A DNA stretch of 64,000 nt from Psammoneis japonica (Eukaryota). Made by a program: the position numbers and the translations under genes. Each line of letters opens with the position of its first letter. Positions within the stretch are counted from its first letter, which is position 1. The DNA lies in the NCBI GenBank assembly GCA_008632985.1, contig QPGO01000045.1:186001-250000 (forward strand), read 5' to 3'. Shown one piece after another: positions 38,974 to 50,677 of the stretch. The notes below the pieces were generated by a model that saw only the letters and a list, made by a program, of their open reading frames with translations, did not search any database and had not been told where the DNA came from.

Positions 38974-39531
38974 GGGTCTGCGGGAAATCGCAATTTTCGC
39001 CACCTGCTTGTCAAAATTGATGGAATTGCGCCTGCCAGTGCAAAATCTGTCTGACAAGACAAATTTGTTGCCAACATCACCTTGCAGAAAAGACATTTTC
39101 CAGACACAACTTTTGATGCAAAAAACTGTGTGAGACAAAGAAAGCTGTGTAAAGACCCGGATGTGTGCAATTGAAAATGTCCCAAAATTTGTGTTGTGTG
39201 GGAATGTGCCAGGCTTCTACACATGAAAGAACCCGCACGTGCATTTTTCAAAATGTGTGGCACAACTTTCAAAATGCACACCCGGGTTGCATTTTTTTGT
39301 GTGGATTTTGTGCTGGAAGTCTTGCAGGAATTCTAAAAACACCAGGATGTGCATTTTCGAAACTGCGGCACAACTTTGATTTGTGTCAAAAGTTGTGCCA
39401 AAGTTGTGTCAAAAATGTGCAAGCTCGTCATGCAGAAAAAGCACGTGTGGCTGCGCTGTTGGCATTGCAAATGGTCGAAACTCACAGAGATTCTCTGTTT
39501 TTTGCTTAAAAACACGATTTCCCACAGACCC
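38974..39531. mobile_element. Non-autonomous TIR element (MITE, PIF/Harbinger-like) inserted in the 9-bp satellite
   Basis: 17-bp TIRs GGGTCTGCGGGAAATCG (38974-38990) and CGATTTCCCACAGACCC (39515-39531) with one mismatch. AGT lies on both flanks (38971-38973 and 39532-39534). Satellite units continue on both sides. Confidence 0.8.
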
Positions 39532-41380
39532 AGTTTGTCAACTTTGGCAACTTTGGCAAGTTTGTCAACTTTGGTGACTTTGGCAAGTTTGGTGAGTTTG
39601 GCAACTTTGGTGAGTTTGGCAAGTTTGGCAGTTTGACAACTTTGGCGAGTTTGGCAAGTTTGGTGGCAACTTTTGCAAGTTTGGTGACTTTGGCAAGTTT
39701 GCCAACTTTGGCAAGTTTGGCAACTTTGGTGACTTTGGCGAGTTTGGCAAGTTTGGTGACTTGGGCAAGTTTGTCAACTTTGGCGACTTTGGCGACTTTG
39801 GCAAGTTTGGCAACTTTGGCAAGATTGGCAAGTTTGGCGACTTTGGTGAGTTTGGCAACTTTGGCAAGTTTGGTGACTTTGGCGAGTTTGGCAACTTTGG
39901 CAAGTTTGGCGACTTTGACGAGTTTGGCAACTTTGGCAAGTTTGTCAACTTTGGCAACTTTGGTGAGTTTGGCAACTTTGGCAAGTTTGGTGACTTTGGC
40001 GAGTTTGGCAACTTGGGTGACTTTGGCAAGTTTGGCAACTTTGGCGAGTTTGGCAACTTTGGCAAGTTTGGCAGTGTTGGTGAGTTCAGCAAGTTTGGCG
40101 GCAACTTTTGCAAGTTTGGTGACTTTGGCAAGTTTGTCAACTTTGGCAACTTTGGTGAGTTTGGCGACTTTGGTGACTTTGGCAACTTTGGCAAGTTTGG
40201 TGACTTTGGCAAGTTTGTCAACTTTGGCAAGTTTGGTGACTTTGGCGAGTTTGGCAAGCATGGCAAGTTTGGTGACTTTGGCAACTTTGGCGAGAGTTTG
40301 GTGAGTTTGGTGACTTTGGCAACTTTGGCGAGTTTGGCAACTTTGGCAAGTTTGGCAACTTTGGTGAGTTTGGTGACTTTGTGGCAAGTTTGGCAACTTT
40401 GGCGACTTTGGCGAGCTTGGCAAGTTTGGTGACTTTGGCGAGTTTGGCAACTTTGGCGACTTTGGCGAGTTTGGCAACTTTGGCAAGTTTGGTGACTTTG
40501 ACGAGTTTGGCAACTTTGGCAAGTTTGTCATTTTTGTCAACTTTGGCGAGTTTTGCAAGTTTGGTGACTTTGGCAAGTTTGGAACTTTGGCGAGTTTGGC
40601 GAGTTTGGCAACTTTGGTGACTTTGGCAAGTTTGGTGATTTTGGCAAGTTTGGCAAGTTTGGTGAGTTTGGCAACTTTGGCGACTTTAGCAAGTTTGGCA
40701 ACTTTGGCAAGTTTGGTGACTTTGGCGAGTTTGGCAACTTTGGCGAGTTTGGCAAGCATGGCAAGTTTGGTGACTTTGGCAACTTTGGCGAGAGTTTGGC
40801 AAGTTTGGTGACTTTGGCAACTTTGGCGAGTTTGGCAACTTTGGCAAGTTTGGCAACTTTGGTGAGTTTGGTGACTTTGTGGCAAGTTTGGCAACTTTGG
40901 TGAGTTTGGCAACTTTGGCAAGTTTGGCAACTTTGGCAAGTTTGGCGACTTTGGTGAGTTTGGCAAATTTGGCAAGTTTGGTGACTTTGGTGACTTTGGC
41001 AACTTTGGCGACTTTGGTGACTTTGTCAAGTTTGTCAACTTTGGTGACTTTGGCGAATTTGGCAACTTTGTCAAGTTTGTCAACTTTGGTGAATTTGGTG
41101 AGTTTTGTGAGTTTGTCAACTTTGGCAAGTTTGGCAAGTTTGCCAACTTTGTCAACTGTGTTGAGTGTGTCAACTTTGTCAACTTTGGCGAGTTTTGTGA
41201 GTTTTTGTCAACTTTGGCGAGTTTGGCAAGTTTGCCATTTTTTGTCAACTTTGGCAAGTTTGGCGAGTTTGTCTGCTTTGGCGAGTTTGGCAACTTTGGC
41301 AAGTTTTCCAACTTTGGCAACTTTGGTCACTTTGGTGAGTTTGGCAACTTTGGCGACTCATTTTGCAAGTTTGGCAAGTT
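39532..41380 (+). repeat. 9-bp tandem satellite of about 1.85 kb, consensus TTTGGCAA(G/C)
   Basis: Roughly 200 units with variants TTTGGCAAG/C, TTTGGTGAC/G, TTTGGCGAC/G, TTTGTCAAC. Confidence 0.97.
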
Positions 41381-41399
41381 GAGCAAGGCATGCACAGCC

Positions 41400-44300
41400 A
41401 GCTGCAGTTGATGCCAATGAGCTGGAAGATCTTCTGCAGCATTTCCGGGTCATCAACATCATGCATGAGCTGTCCCAAGTGCAGTGTGGTCTGCACAGGG
41501 ACCAGCGATGACTTGGAGAATGGTTGACAGCACACCAGCCATGCAGCAGCTCTTGTCAGAAAAGGGTGCTTCTGACAAAGAAGCAGCTGAGAGACATGGA
41601 CAGAATGAGGCAGGTTGGGATCAATCGGACGAGACATGTCATCTGCCAGCCCATTCTTTTCACCAGCCAAATTGCCACTTGGGAATTGATGCCGACACCC
41701 CCACAAAGGCAAAGCACAGACCAAATGCACAAATGCCATTGTCGTTGAGGAGAGCTGGCAGTGCCCAGATTGCATCAACCAGAGCTGACCACATTGTCAA
41801 CTCGGTTGAGGTGGATCAAATTTTTGGGGGCCCATGGGGAAAGAGGGAGGCCACCAGTTCCAGATCCATGGATGTGCTGACAGATTTCACGAAAGTGACC
41901 GTGCCTGCAAGCAGGAGGAGGGCAACAACAAAATTGAGAGCATTGTCAGAAACCTGTCCTTGGGGCCATGAGAACAAGGTCAAACCTGAGCTTGCCATGG
42001 GGCTCCACATCACAAGGAACCAAAGTTGAAATTCCTGGCAGCAACTGCCACCACCAAGTTTTCTTGCATCACCAATTCCTTGGCAGTGCAGATCACATGG
42101 GACAATGGCCTCAATCTTTGTCACAAAAGAGTGTGGAGTGCTTTTGGCACAGCCCAAAAGACAGAAAATGGACGAGCAAAATTCAGGAAACACTGCCGTC
42201 TTGAGATGCAGATGATGTGCGAACTGTGCCTTTCCCCTGGCAATGATGTTTGGGAGATGATGAACCAACTTGTGTGGGAGTTGGTCACAAACCTGCTGCT
42301 CATGCCCTTGCCATTGCAGGGTCTGCTTGGCAACATGGCACTGAACCGTCAAATTGCAACAAAGAGCACCCTGAAAAACAAAAAACCAACACCAAAGTGT
42401 GCCGATCATGCCAAAAGCATGATGCTCCAAAATGCCATTCAAGGTTGCCACCTCCAAGAGGAGGCACTCAATCTTGGGCTTCCAATCGTAAAGAACAAAG
42501 ATGATCTTGTCAAGCTTGTGATCCACAATCCCAACAGTCAAAGAGCGGGTGTTGTGTGAGCACCCAAGAAGCTTGCAAAGGAAAGACAGGATGAGGTGAA
42601 GCTTTTTCAAGCTCAAGGCATTCAGGACTTCATCCTGTGGAAAGCTGTGCAACACATGAATGGCAAAGGCACTTGCAGACATGGTGTGTGCCAAGAATTG
42701 TGCAACATCAGCTTGCAAGTTGTTGTCCACCTGATGCTTGTGAATTGGCAAAATTTCACAGTCCTTCCTGGAGAATTCCAGGGTTCAAGGAATCTGGGAG
42801 CACACAAGAAAACGCCTGTGCCCACCTTGGATGGAGTCAGCTGCGATGGAAACTCAATCCTTGGAAGGAATGGGTGCGTGATCTTGACAACATTTGAGAC
42901 ACAAAATGCATGCTGCGCAAGCTGCTGATGGCATTGCGACCATCCATCACTCCAATTGTGCAGGTCAGGGGTGTCCCCAAAACTGCAACCAAGTTGAGCC
43001 ACAGCTGTGCTGGACCAACGCATGCATCCCAGCCAGGTTTGGGTTGCATTTCATCATGCAGCAAGCTCCAGTGGTGTCATTGTCAATTGGGTGGATCTCC
43101 TGAGATGGACAATTGATCCGTGCATTCCAGATCCAATGCACAACATCAAGCTCCTCCACAGCTTTGGAGCACTCCGGCTTGTGCTCCAGTGACAAAAAGT
43201 TGTTGAAGGCCATGGACAAAGGCTTGGGTTGGAACGAGCTGTCCAAAACTGGTCAAGGCTGCTTGAACAATTTGTCAATGTCAACCAAGCTCTGAGGTGA
43301 CAGATGACAGTTCAAAACACATGGTGTCAATTGTTGGTCAAAAATGAGAACAAAACTCTGCTTGGAGTCCTTGACAAGAGCCTTGCAAGTTTTCTCTGGA
43401 TCAACACAAATGGGCAGTTTGTTCCTTCAGTTAAAACAGTCTTGAAAATTTTCTTCTGTGTGTTGCGCCCATTGCAGCAGGCTGGAACGCCATCTTGGCA
43501 GATGCAAGCAATGATCTTGACAGCAACAGGATCAACTTTGCCATCAAGATGATGTGACACAATGCGCTCAATGTTCCGATGTGCTCAAGCATGTGGGCCA
43601 CCAACCCATTGCACCAATGAAGCCATGTCTCTGTCAAAATGGAGCAATCCTGCCAAGGTCTGACAAACACGTGTCTTGTTGAGGTCTGACTCTTGTTCCC
43701 ATCCCAAAGGGTGCCCTTGGAGAGAATTAAAGTCAACATTGTTGTGCTCACAAAGAAGGGCATGCAAACAGAAAGCATCGGGTGTCACACAACATGGATC
43801 CTCCCAATTGTTGACCACACACTGCCAGAGTCAAAGGATGGCATCTCTTGGGGAACAGAGTGCAGGAAACCCAACTTCCAAAGGGGCAACAAGACATGGC
43901 AAAAAAAACAGCTTCAGACACAAAGTTTCTGACAAGCATTGTCCTTGCCAAAAGGTTGGTCCAGTTGGGGCTGAACACAAAGTGACAACTGAGTCCTGAT
44001 GAACTCTTCACACTCAGCTTTCTTGAATGAGTTGCCAATTGTCAGGATGAGCTGAGAGGAAGAGCCTCCAGTCACCACAGGGGAAAGGACCGGGCAGAAC
44101 TCCTCAATCTCTTCAGAGGCAACTGGCGGGACATCAGGCACATTTTTGGCACACCAAACCAAGTGATGCAGACTTGGAAAATTCTGCACCCTGGGGCAAG
44201 GGGGGCACACCTTCATCCACAGGGACACCAATGTGGCCTGGGGACAAAGTGCTGCCAATGGTGAACAGCCAGTGGATGTTTCCAAATGAAACAAATGCGC

Positions 44301-44600
44301 CAGTTTCATCTGAGACAAAACCAACAAGAAGACACACCAGCAGGACCTTTCCCAGGTGCAAAAGAAAGATTTTCCATCTTCTCCTCAAAGTCAACCAACT
44401 CGGCACACACTTTGCTCCAGGGAGAGCACAAAGATGGTGACACGCGGCTTCTTGCATCTGGGACGGTTACAATGAAAGCCACAAGTCAAAAAATGAGCAC
44501 AAAGGCACTCTTCAGACGTTGAGTCAGAGTTCTTCTTAGCCACAACTGGGATGTTGTGAGTCTGGTGGGAATCATCAGAGATGACAAGCATGCCCATCTT
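41400..44600 (-). mobile_element. Heavily decayed DIRS-order retrotransposon RT/RNase H relic
   Basis: Minus-strand fragments HWIWNARINCP, DNDTTGACCMMKCNPNLAGMHA, GCSFGDTPDLHNW (RT-like) and NLAGEKNGLADDMSR (RNase H-like) are in the expected order. Boundaries are approximate. Confidence 0.6.
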
Positions 44601-46135
44601 CTTGATGAGCTCAATCTCATCTGCAGACAACAATGACTTGGATTTCTCACTGGGTGAAGCAGCTCCAGTTGTCAACGGCAATTCAGCGAATTGCTTGTTT
44701 GAAGAAACATTCAAGTTGGCAATGTTCCATTTCTTGCTTGCTTCAATGCCTCACTTGTCCTTGCACAGTGTTTTCCAGCACTGTGCTGTGCCAGCACACA
44801 AAAGTCCTCCTGCAGTGTCCTTGTTGCTTTGTGCTCTGGCATGTCTCTTGTTTTGTTTTGTGCAGCAGAGCATTTTGTTTTTTTGGAGCCAAGCAAGTCA
44901 GCCTGTTGAGCCATCTGGTGTCATGCAGCCATTTTCAGTTTTTAAGCTGTTTTGTTTGTGCCCATTCTTGTGGAGATTTGTGGCTCAAATCCTGTCAGCC
45001 AAATCACACACATGATCTTGACAAACAAAAGATGAGTCAAATCTTTTGAAAGTTTTGAGCTGAGCATGGTGCCTGCTGCCTCTGTGTCCAAAAACAACTC
45101 ATGCTTTGGCTTTTGTGACACAAAAGTGCTCTTGTGAAAAGAAATTGCAGATGTGCTTGTGGCTGCTCAATTGCCAGTCAGGCCAATTTGTCAAAAAGCA
45201 GACTGCTGAAGAAACCCAAGAGAACACAAAACAACAACAACATGACAAAGCATGGGGAAGTCTGTTTTTTGTTTGTTCTTGCTGGTGCTGGGAGAACTCA
45301 ATTGTGGCCTGGTGTCAGAGAGGTGGATTTGGAGGTGAGTGGCCAAGCAGGCAACAAGCAGGTTGTCCAGGCCACAGCATCATTCCCACATGCACAGAGG
45401 GGGGGGGGGGGGACAAAAGAAGTGGTGTTGGCCCAGCCAATGCCACAGCACCTGCAAACAAGGCACCTCTGCTGCTCCTGCTGACCAGGCTCCTGCAACC
45501 CCATCTCTGGCACAGGAGGCCCTCAGCTTCTTAAGTGTCACATGACAAAATGTTGTTGTTCAACACCCACAAGCTTGCCAAAGCATTGCAGCAGCAGCAG
45601 CAAGCCCTTTGTGCATTTGATCCCTCTGCACAGCTCCCCCCCCCCCCCCCTGTGTTGATCATGTGGCTTCTAGCAAGAGGTTGTGAGCAGCATGTGAGTT
45701 GTCAACCAGTCAAGGTGCATCCTCATGAGACATGCCAAAAATGTGCTCTCTCATGCAATTGAAAGTGCCATCATGGAGGCACTCACCCAGCTGATTTGTG
45801 CAAAGCATCTGCTCACCTGCCTCTTTCAGGGTTGTCATGATGATCTCATGTCCGTGGAATTCCCATGCTGCCTCAACCAAAACAATGAAGCCAACTGCAT
45901 TGCCCAGGTTGACTGCAGTCTTGTGAACAAACACTGTGTGGCCAACTGCACACAGGCACAGGCAGCACTCCTCTACACTGGTGTGCCACAAGGCCAAGTG
46001 CTCCACAAAGGATGCCAAATGTTTCCTTCATCATCTCATGTGACACCATCCCTGCACGCAACAAGAGCTTGGGTGTGACCCTCCATGTTCCTGGCAACAT
46101 TTCTTCAGGGTTTGAGTTGGCACTTGTTTTTGCCA

Positions 46136-46195
46136 AAGTTGAGTCTGCCCAGTCCAGACAGACAAAAGTTGAGTCTGCCCAGTCCAGACAGACAG
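46136..46195 (+). repeat. 30-bp tandem duplication
   Basis: AAGTTGAGTCTGCCCAGTCCAGACAGA occurs twice, 30 bp apart. Confidence 0.85.
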
Positions 46196-47669
46196 ATGCT
46201 GAGCATGAAAAAAATGCAAGTGAGTGAACCCCTTCCTCATCATCCAGTGATGAGCTGCAACTCATGGTGCAGAGTGTGATGTGATGCACACCAGCACAGC
46301 ATTGCACTCAAAGTGGGGTGAGTGCACAAAAGGTGTTTGAGCTCTCTCATGAGCACATTTGACAGCACAGCACCCACTGCACCCACTGCACCCCCCCTGG
46401 CTCTGCCAGCATGCACAAGAACAGCCCAGCAGGTGGCATGAGCCAAATGCAAATTTTCCTGCATCAACTGGGTGAAAAGCCCATGAACTCTTCCTCTGGA
46501 GGGGAACACAGAGAGAGAAGCAGCAGATGCATTCCAGCCCTGGGCAGGATTGTGTGCAACATTGGGCCCGCAGAATTCTGTGTGCAAGCTCCACAGCAAA
46601 AACATCAAGCAATGAACATGTGAGTCATCGCCAACAGAAAAAGAGGCCATTTTGTGAATGTGCCTCCTCCTCCACACTTCAAGCATGTTGCTTGAAGTTT
46701 GCCCTGGGGTTGCATTCTTCAGACATCAAAGAATGTGCCCGGCTTGCAACTTGCTCCAGATTTGGGTGGGCCCACATGAAAAAATGTGCCCATTTTTGCA
46801 TGAAACATGCGGTCTAAACTTGTGGCACCATTTTTGACAGTTGCAACACAGTGATTTGCATGTGTCATCATGGCAGCACAAATGCACACAAAAATGTCTT
46901 GTGCATGCACCCATGCATTCGAAGCTGAGGATGGACTGAGTTTTTGATCACCAAATGGTGCCGCAAGATGAGAGCTTGGTTTTCCAATGAGCAATTTATG
47001 ACTGCATTCGTGTGATTCAAACACACAAAGCAAATGTTCTCATGCACAAACTGGCCCTTCAATGGACAATTAAAAGTGTGTTTTGTCAACATGCTTTGAC
47101 CAGATTTGCCCTCAAGAATGGATTCAATGACACATGCATTGCTTGCAAAGTGTGAGAAGACACAAGAAGAAATGAGTCCCAGCTCACACCCTGACATCAA
47201 CTTTGGACCCTTTTACAATGATTTGTGGATGTGAGCAACTGAAACACTTGCATCAGTTGATGACATGGAGGGAACACACATGGCAGTGGAAAAGAATTTG
47301 TCTGCAGAAGCAAGCTGCAAATGAAATGAAACCAAGTTACAGTTGATGACAGATTGGTCTTTTTTTGCTCTGATTCAGCCTGCAACAAGCATTTTCATCA
47401 ATGTCGTTGATGCCATGGAGCCACACAAAATGCTGCTGTCATCATCATGTTGTTCAATTTCCTGCAAGGTTGAAAAAAGTGGGCCATCATGGCGCTGAAA
47501 GCCACGGCCATTTTGGCCATTGCTTGGTTCAAATTTCACCCAGTCATTTAATTCCCAGTGCATGAACACAACAACAATTGTGTGATGTCATCGACATTGA
47601 ACAAAGCATGAAATGTTTGTTTTTTGTGCCAAAACGGGCATGTGCGCTCCACCCAAGTCTGGAACATGT

Positions 47670-47990
47670 CCCATTTTTGTGCTCATGGATGGAGAAAATG
47701 GAGAGCTTTGGCTTTGCAAAACAGGGAGCACGGGACAATTTTGCAGAAAATCACACGTCAAAATGTGCGTGCATGGCATGCAACAAGATCCAAAAAACTG
47801 TTGATGTCACAGCTGAGCAATGCAAGGTCTTGCCTGGAGAGTTGGAGAGCACATCAGCAGGGACAAGAAGCTGTTGCTCCCATCTCTGCAATCTGCAACA
47901 TGTTTTTGCAATTGATGGGAGAAAATCAACCAAGAACAAAACTTTTGCACCTGTGGTTGGTGTGCTCTCCACAGGCCAGCATCAGAGCAC
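47670..47990 (+). mobile_element. Possible Ty1/copia RT N-terminal relic
   Basis: Order KVLPG...SHLC...KTFAPVV resembles copia VLP..W...KARLC..G..Q.....TFAPVV; very degraded. Confidence 0.4.
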
Positions 47991-48090
47991 GCAACACAGT
48001 GATTGAGCATGCCTGTCTCACAGTGATTTTTTGTGCCATTTGTTTTAAAATTTTTGTGCTGTGATTGGAGACTAGTTGCACACATGGTTG

Positions 48091-50122
48091 TCACATGTCA
48101 ATTGTGACAGTTTGACAAATTGCTGCTGTGGGATTTCTGCCCCCCTCCGTCTGCAGGGGAAATTTCAAACCACTGCGAAACATCCACTTCTCTTCCACAG
48201 CTGTGAGCTTGCGGACCCTGCATCCCCACAAAATGTGCAAACCAAAAGCACTCCATTCATCCCTTTTTTGTTGATTGTCAAAGTCAAACGCAAACTGAGG
48301 GGCATTCTCTTCTCCAAAAAGATCTGTCAATGCTTTGATGTTGAGATCAGAATTGCCGTCACTGTCCGCTGACACGGAAGCCGATGTCGTTACAAGATGG
48401 AATTTTGGTGTCTTGTCCTCTGAATTCGCCGTCACGAACAGCACATGACGCTTGCCACCATGAAATGTAGAGTCGTCGTCGCAAGTATAAATCATGATGT
48501 CATTGCCACACTCGTCTTGAACCATCGAGTGCTTTTGGAAATTACATCTTAGGCGGAAAGCATCAATCAGGGTCGAGACGCTGCACACGATTTCGAGTTG
48601 TCGACTCCGACGTAAACTCTTCTTCCTTGAGAGCTCTCCCAAGGAATAATGGGGCGAGCGCATTCAGCAACCCACCCATTCTTGACAAGCAAATGTTGCA
48701 GCAATGGCGAACGTGTCGGACGACTTGTGCTGCTCTGTCCTTAATGCTATACACGCCATTCTGAAGTCGATTGAAGTTTTTTTCGAGGAAACTCTTATTC
48801 GACTCTCTGCATCGCTCGCAGTCGCCGCATTGGTGGCAGTCTCCGCATCGCTCGCCTTCTGCAAATCGCTTGACTTGATCAAGCCAATCAATCAGTGGTT
48901 CATCGTCAGAAGGTTCGAAATATTGCTGGGTTGCCACAAATTCACCACGAACAGTCTTAATGATCCGTCTGGAGGCCTGAAGCTTGAAAATAGACATCGT
49001 CTCGAGAGACTGGATGGCATCGGACGATGGTTCGAATCCCCGAGTCTTGCATGCCTCCACGATCGCCGCAGTATCTCCAATGCTGTTACTCTGGTCCGTT
49101 GAAAGCAAAATAAATTCCAGTTCAGAGAAAGCTCTCAAATCAACCTTTGCCAATTGCCGCAATGGTGCCATGAGCCAAGGATCTTCAACACGGTTGATAC
49201 TACTGTCTTTGTCGCATTCGTCGTCGTCGTCTTGATCCACAATGGAGTCCTCGTCAGTTCTGGGGCGCTTGGATGGTGGTGGAGAGACAAAATTGTTGCC
49301 TTCACGGGTGCCTGCATCATCACTGTCAGAATCAAGATCCATGGCGCTTGAGTCTGGCTCAAACAGCAAGTTGCTATCCCTCAAAATTGTCCGAAGCTCG
49401 TCTGCAACACGCTCCATGTCTTCAGGATGGTCAAAAAAATCCGAGAAACCTTCTGCTATTATCGGTAGATCTTTTTCCTGAAATTGAGTGGCTTCCATGG
49501 TGGACTCCGCTTGTGCCCAAGCAAGCCAACCAGCCTCTCGTCGAGCTTTTGTAGTAGGGTCGTTGATCCACCGACTACGACCACGAACATGCTCACATAT
49601 CGAGTGCTGAGTCCTCATTAGAAGTGGACTCTCCCCAAATTGGAAATACCTGGGTCTGGCTTTGATGGTCTTTCCATTTACATTCATGAAGTTTTCTTTT
49701 GACCCATATTGTTGCACCGACCACGAAAATGTTGGAAACCTATCCTGCGTTGCCCGTAGGACTGCTCCCAGCCGCTCCCTCGCCGTCTCCTCTGCGGTCG
49801 CTTCCATGCCAATTTCACGAACCAATACAAGCTCATGCAACCACCATTTTCGATTTATGTTTTTTAGCCTTTTTATAACCGCCGGCTTTAACTCAGCGGG
49901 TGTCGAAAATCCGGCGTATGAGTGGTTGATGAAGACTCGGCACGTGACATGGCCGTCACGAACGACTGAATCGGCATGTTTGTCAACAGCTCGCCACAAA
50001 ATCAAAATCGTGGAGAACGTATTTAGATACCTATCCAACAGATACTAATTGATTATATGCCAAATACGTTCTCGCAGAATCGAAGGTTTAGATAACTTTC
50101 TTAGCGTCGCAATCATCACCAT
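48091..50122 (-). pseudogene. Disrupted gene of unknown function (in-frame TAG near 50045, frameshift near 48565, 3' end decaying into the TpA-free block)
   Basis: The 491-aa ORF extends in frame to an ATG at 50122 across a single TAG. A protein-like continuation lies in ORF 48091-48663. Cys cluster CGDCHQCGDCERC...HCCNIC. Confidence 0.6.
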
Positions 50123-50677
50123 CGTCGGTACGAGATTTGATCAAATTCCCCGCGATAGCACCGCGGTGTTTCACGCAGTGGGCGCGCGCGCGATCCGCGG
50201 CCGCGAACCGGAATTCATCCTGGAATATATATCTTAGAGTTTTAACATTTAAATAACTTCATTTTCCATAAATCCATGACGTCATAAAGTTCGTTGGAAT
50301 CCGAGCGCTTCATCAGCAATCATCTTCACTCTCACTCACAAAAACCACGACACTCAAATCGCTTTGCCGTTGTCGTTGTTGTTGCTGCTGATACGAGTGT
50401 AAGTGCGACTCTTTGCATCTTCGTCCCGTTTGATGCTTATCGTTGATTTTCTTATTCTTATCTAATGAAGCCGTTGTTCTTTGTATAGTGTACAACTGCA
50501 GGGAAATCAGCTTGACGCACACGGTTTTTGAAACACATCAGCTAAAAGCACGTCTCCGTCGGCACCGTTTGAGGTAAGAGTCGCTTTGTCTCGCAATATT
50601 CGATTATGACCAACGATCCTTCTAATGTCTATTGTTTCAATCTTTGCAGTTTGTATCACTAGAAGATACGGAGTGAT

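Larger units (their letters stand above)
35300..48370. other. TpA-depleted and CpG-poor block of decayed, nested repeats
   Basis: TA almost absent (none by my reading from 41401 to 42488) with strong TG/CA excess. Dense spurious Cys/His-rich ORFs occur in all six frames. Confidence 0.9.

Noticed and set aside
39532..41380. Telomeric repeat
   Set aside because: The unit is a degenerate 9-mer unlike TTAGGG-type repeats and is internal to the contig.
39506..41382. 604-aa and other long ORFs (LAK/PKL/FGK repeats)
   Set aside because: They are translations of a stop-poor 9-bp satellite that is open in most frames; nothing supports coding.
45399..45649. Poly-G and poly-C tracts as TIRs or polypurine tracts
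   Set aside because: Flanking similarity is only a few bases, and no LTR or TSD could be identified.
35300..48370. Dozens of Cys/His-rich ORFs on both strands (also at 58.7-64 kb)
   Set aside because: Loss of TA removes TAA/TAG stops and inflates TGY/CAY codons, which produces spurious ORFs.
50160..50215. GC-rich quasi-palindromes (GCGCGCGCGC, CCGCGG) between divergent ORFs
   Set aside because: Could be promoter or hairpin sequence but is too short to assign; no Helitron-type terminus was found next to it.
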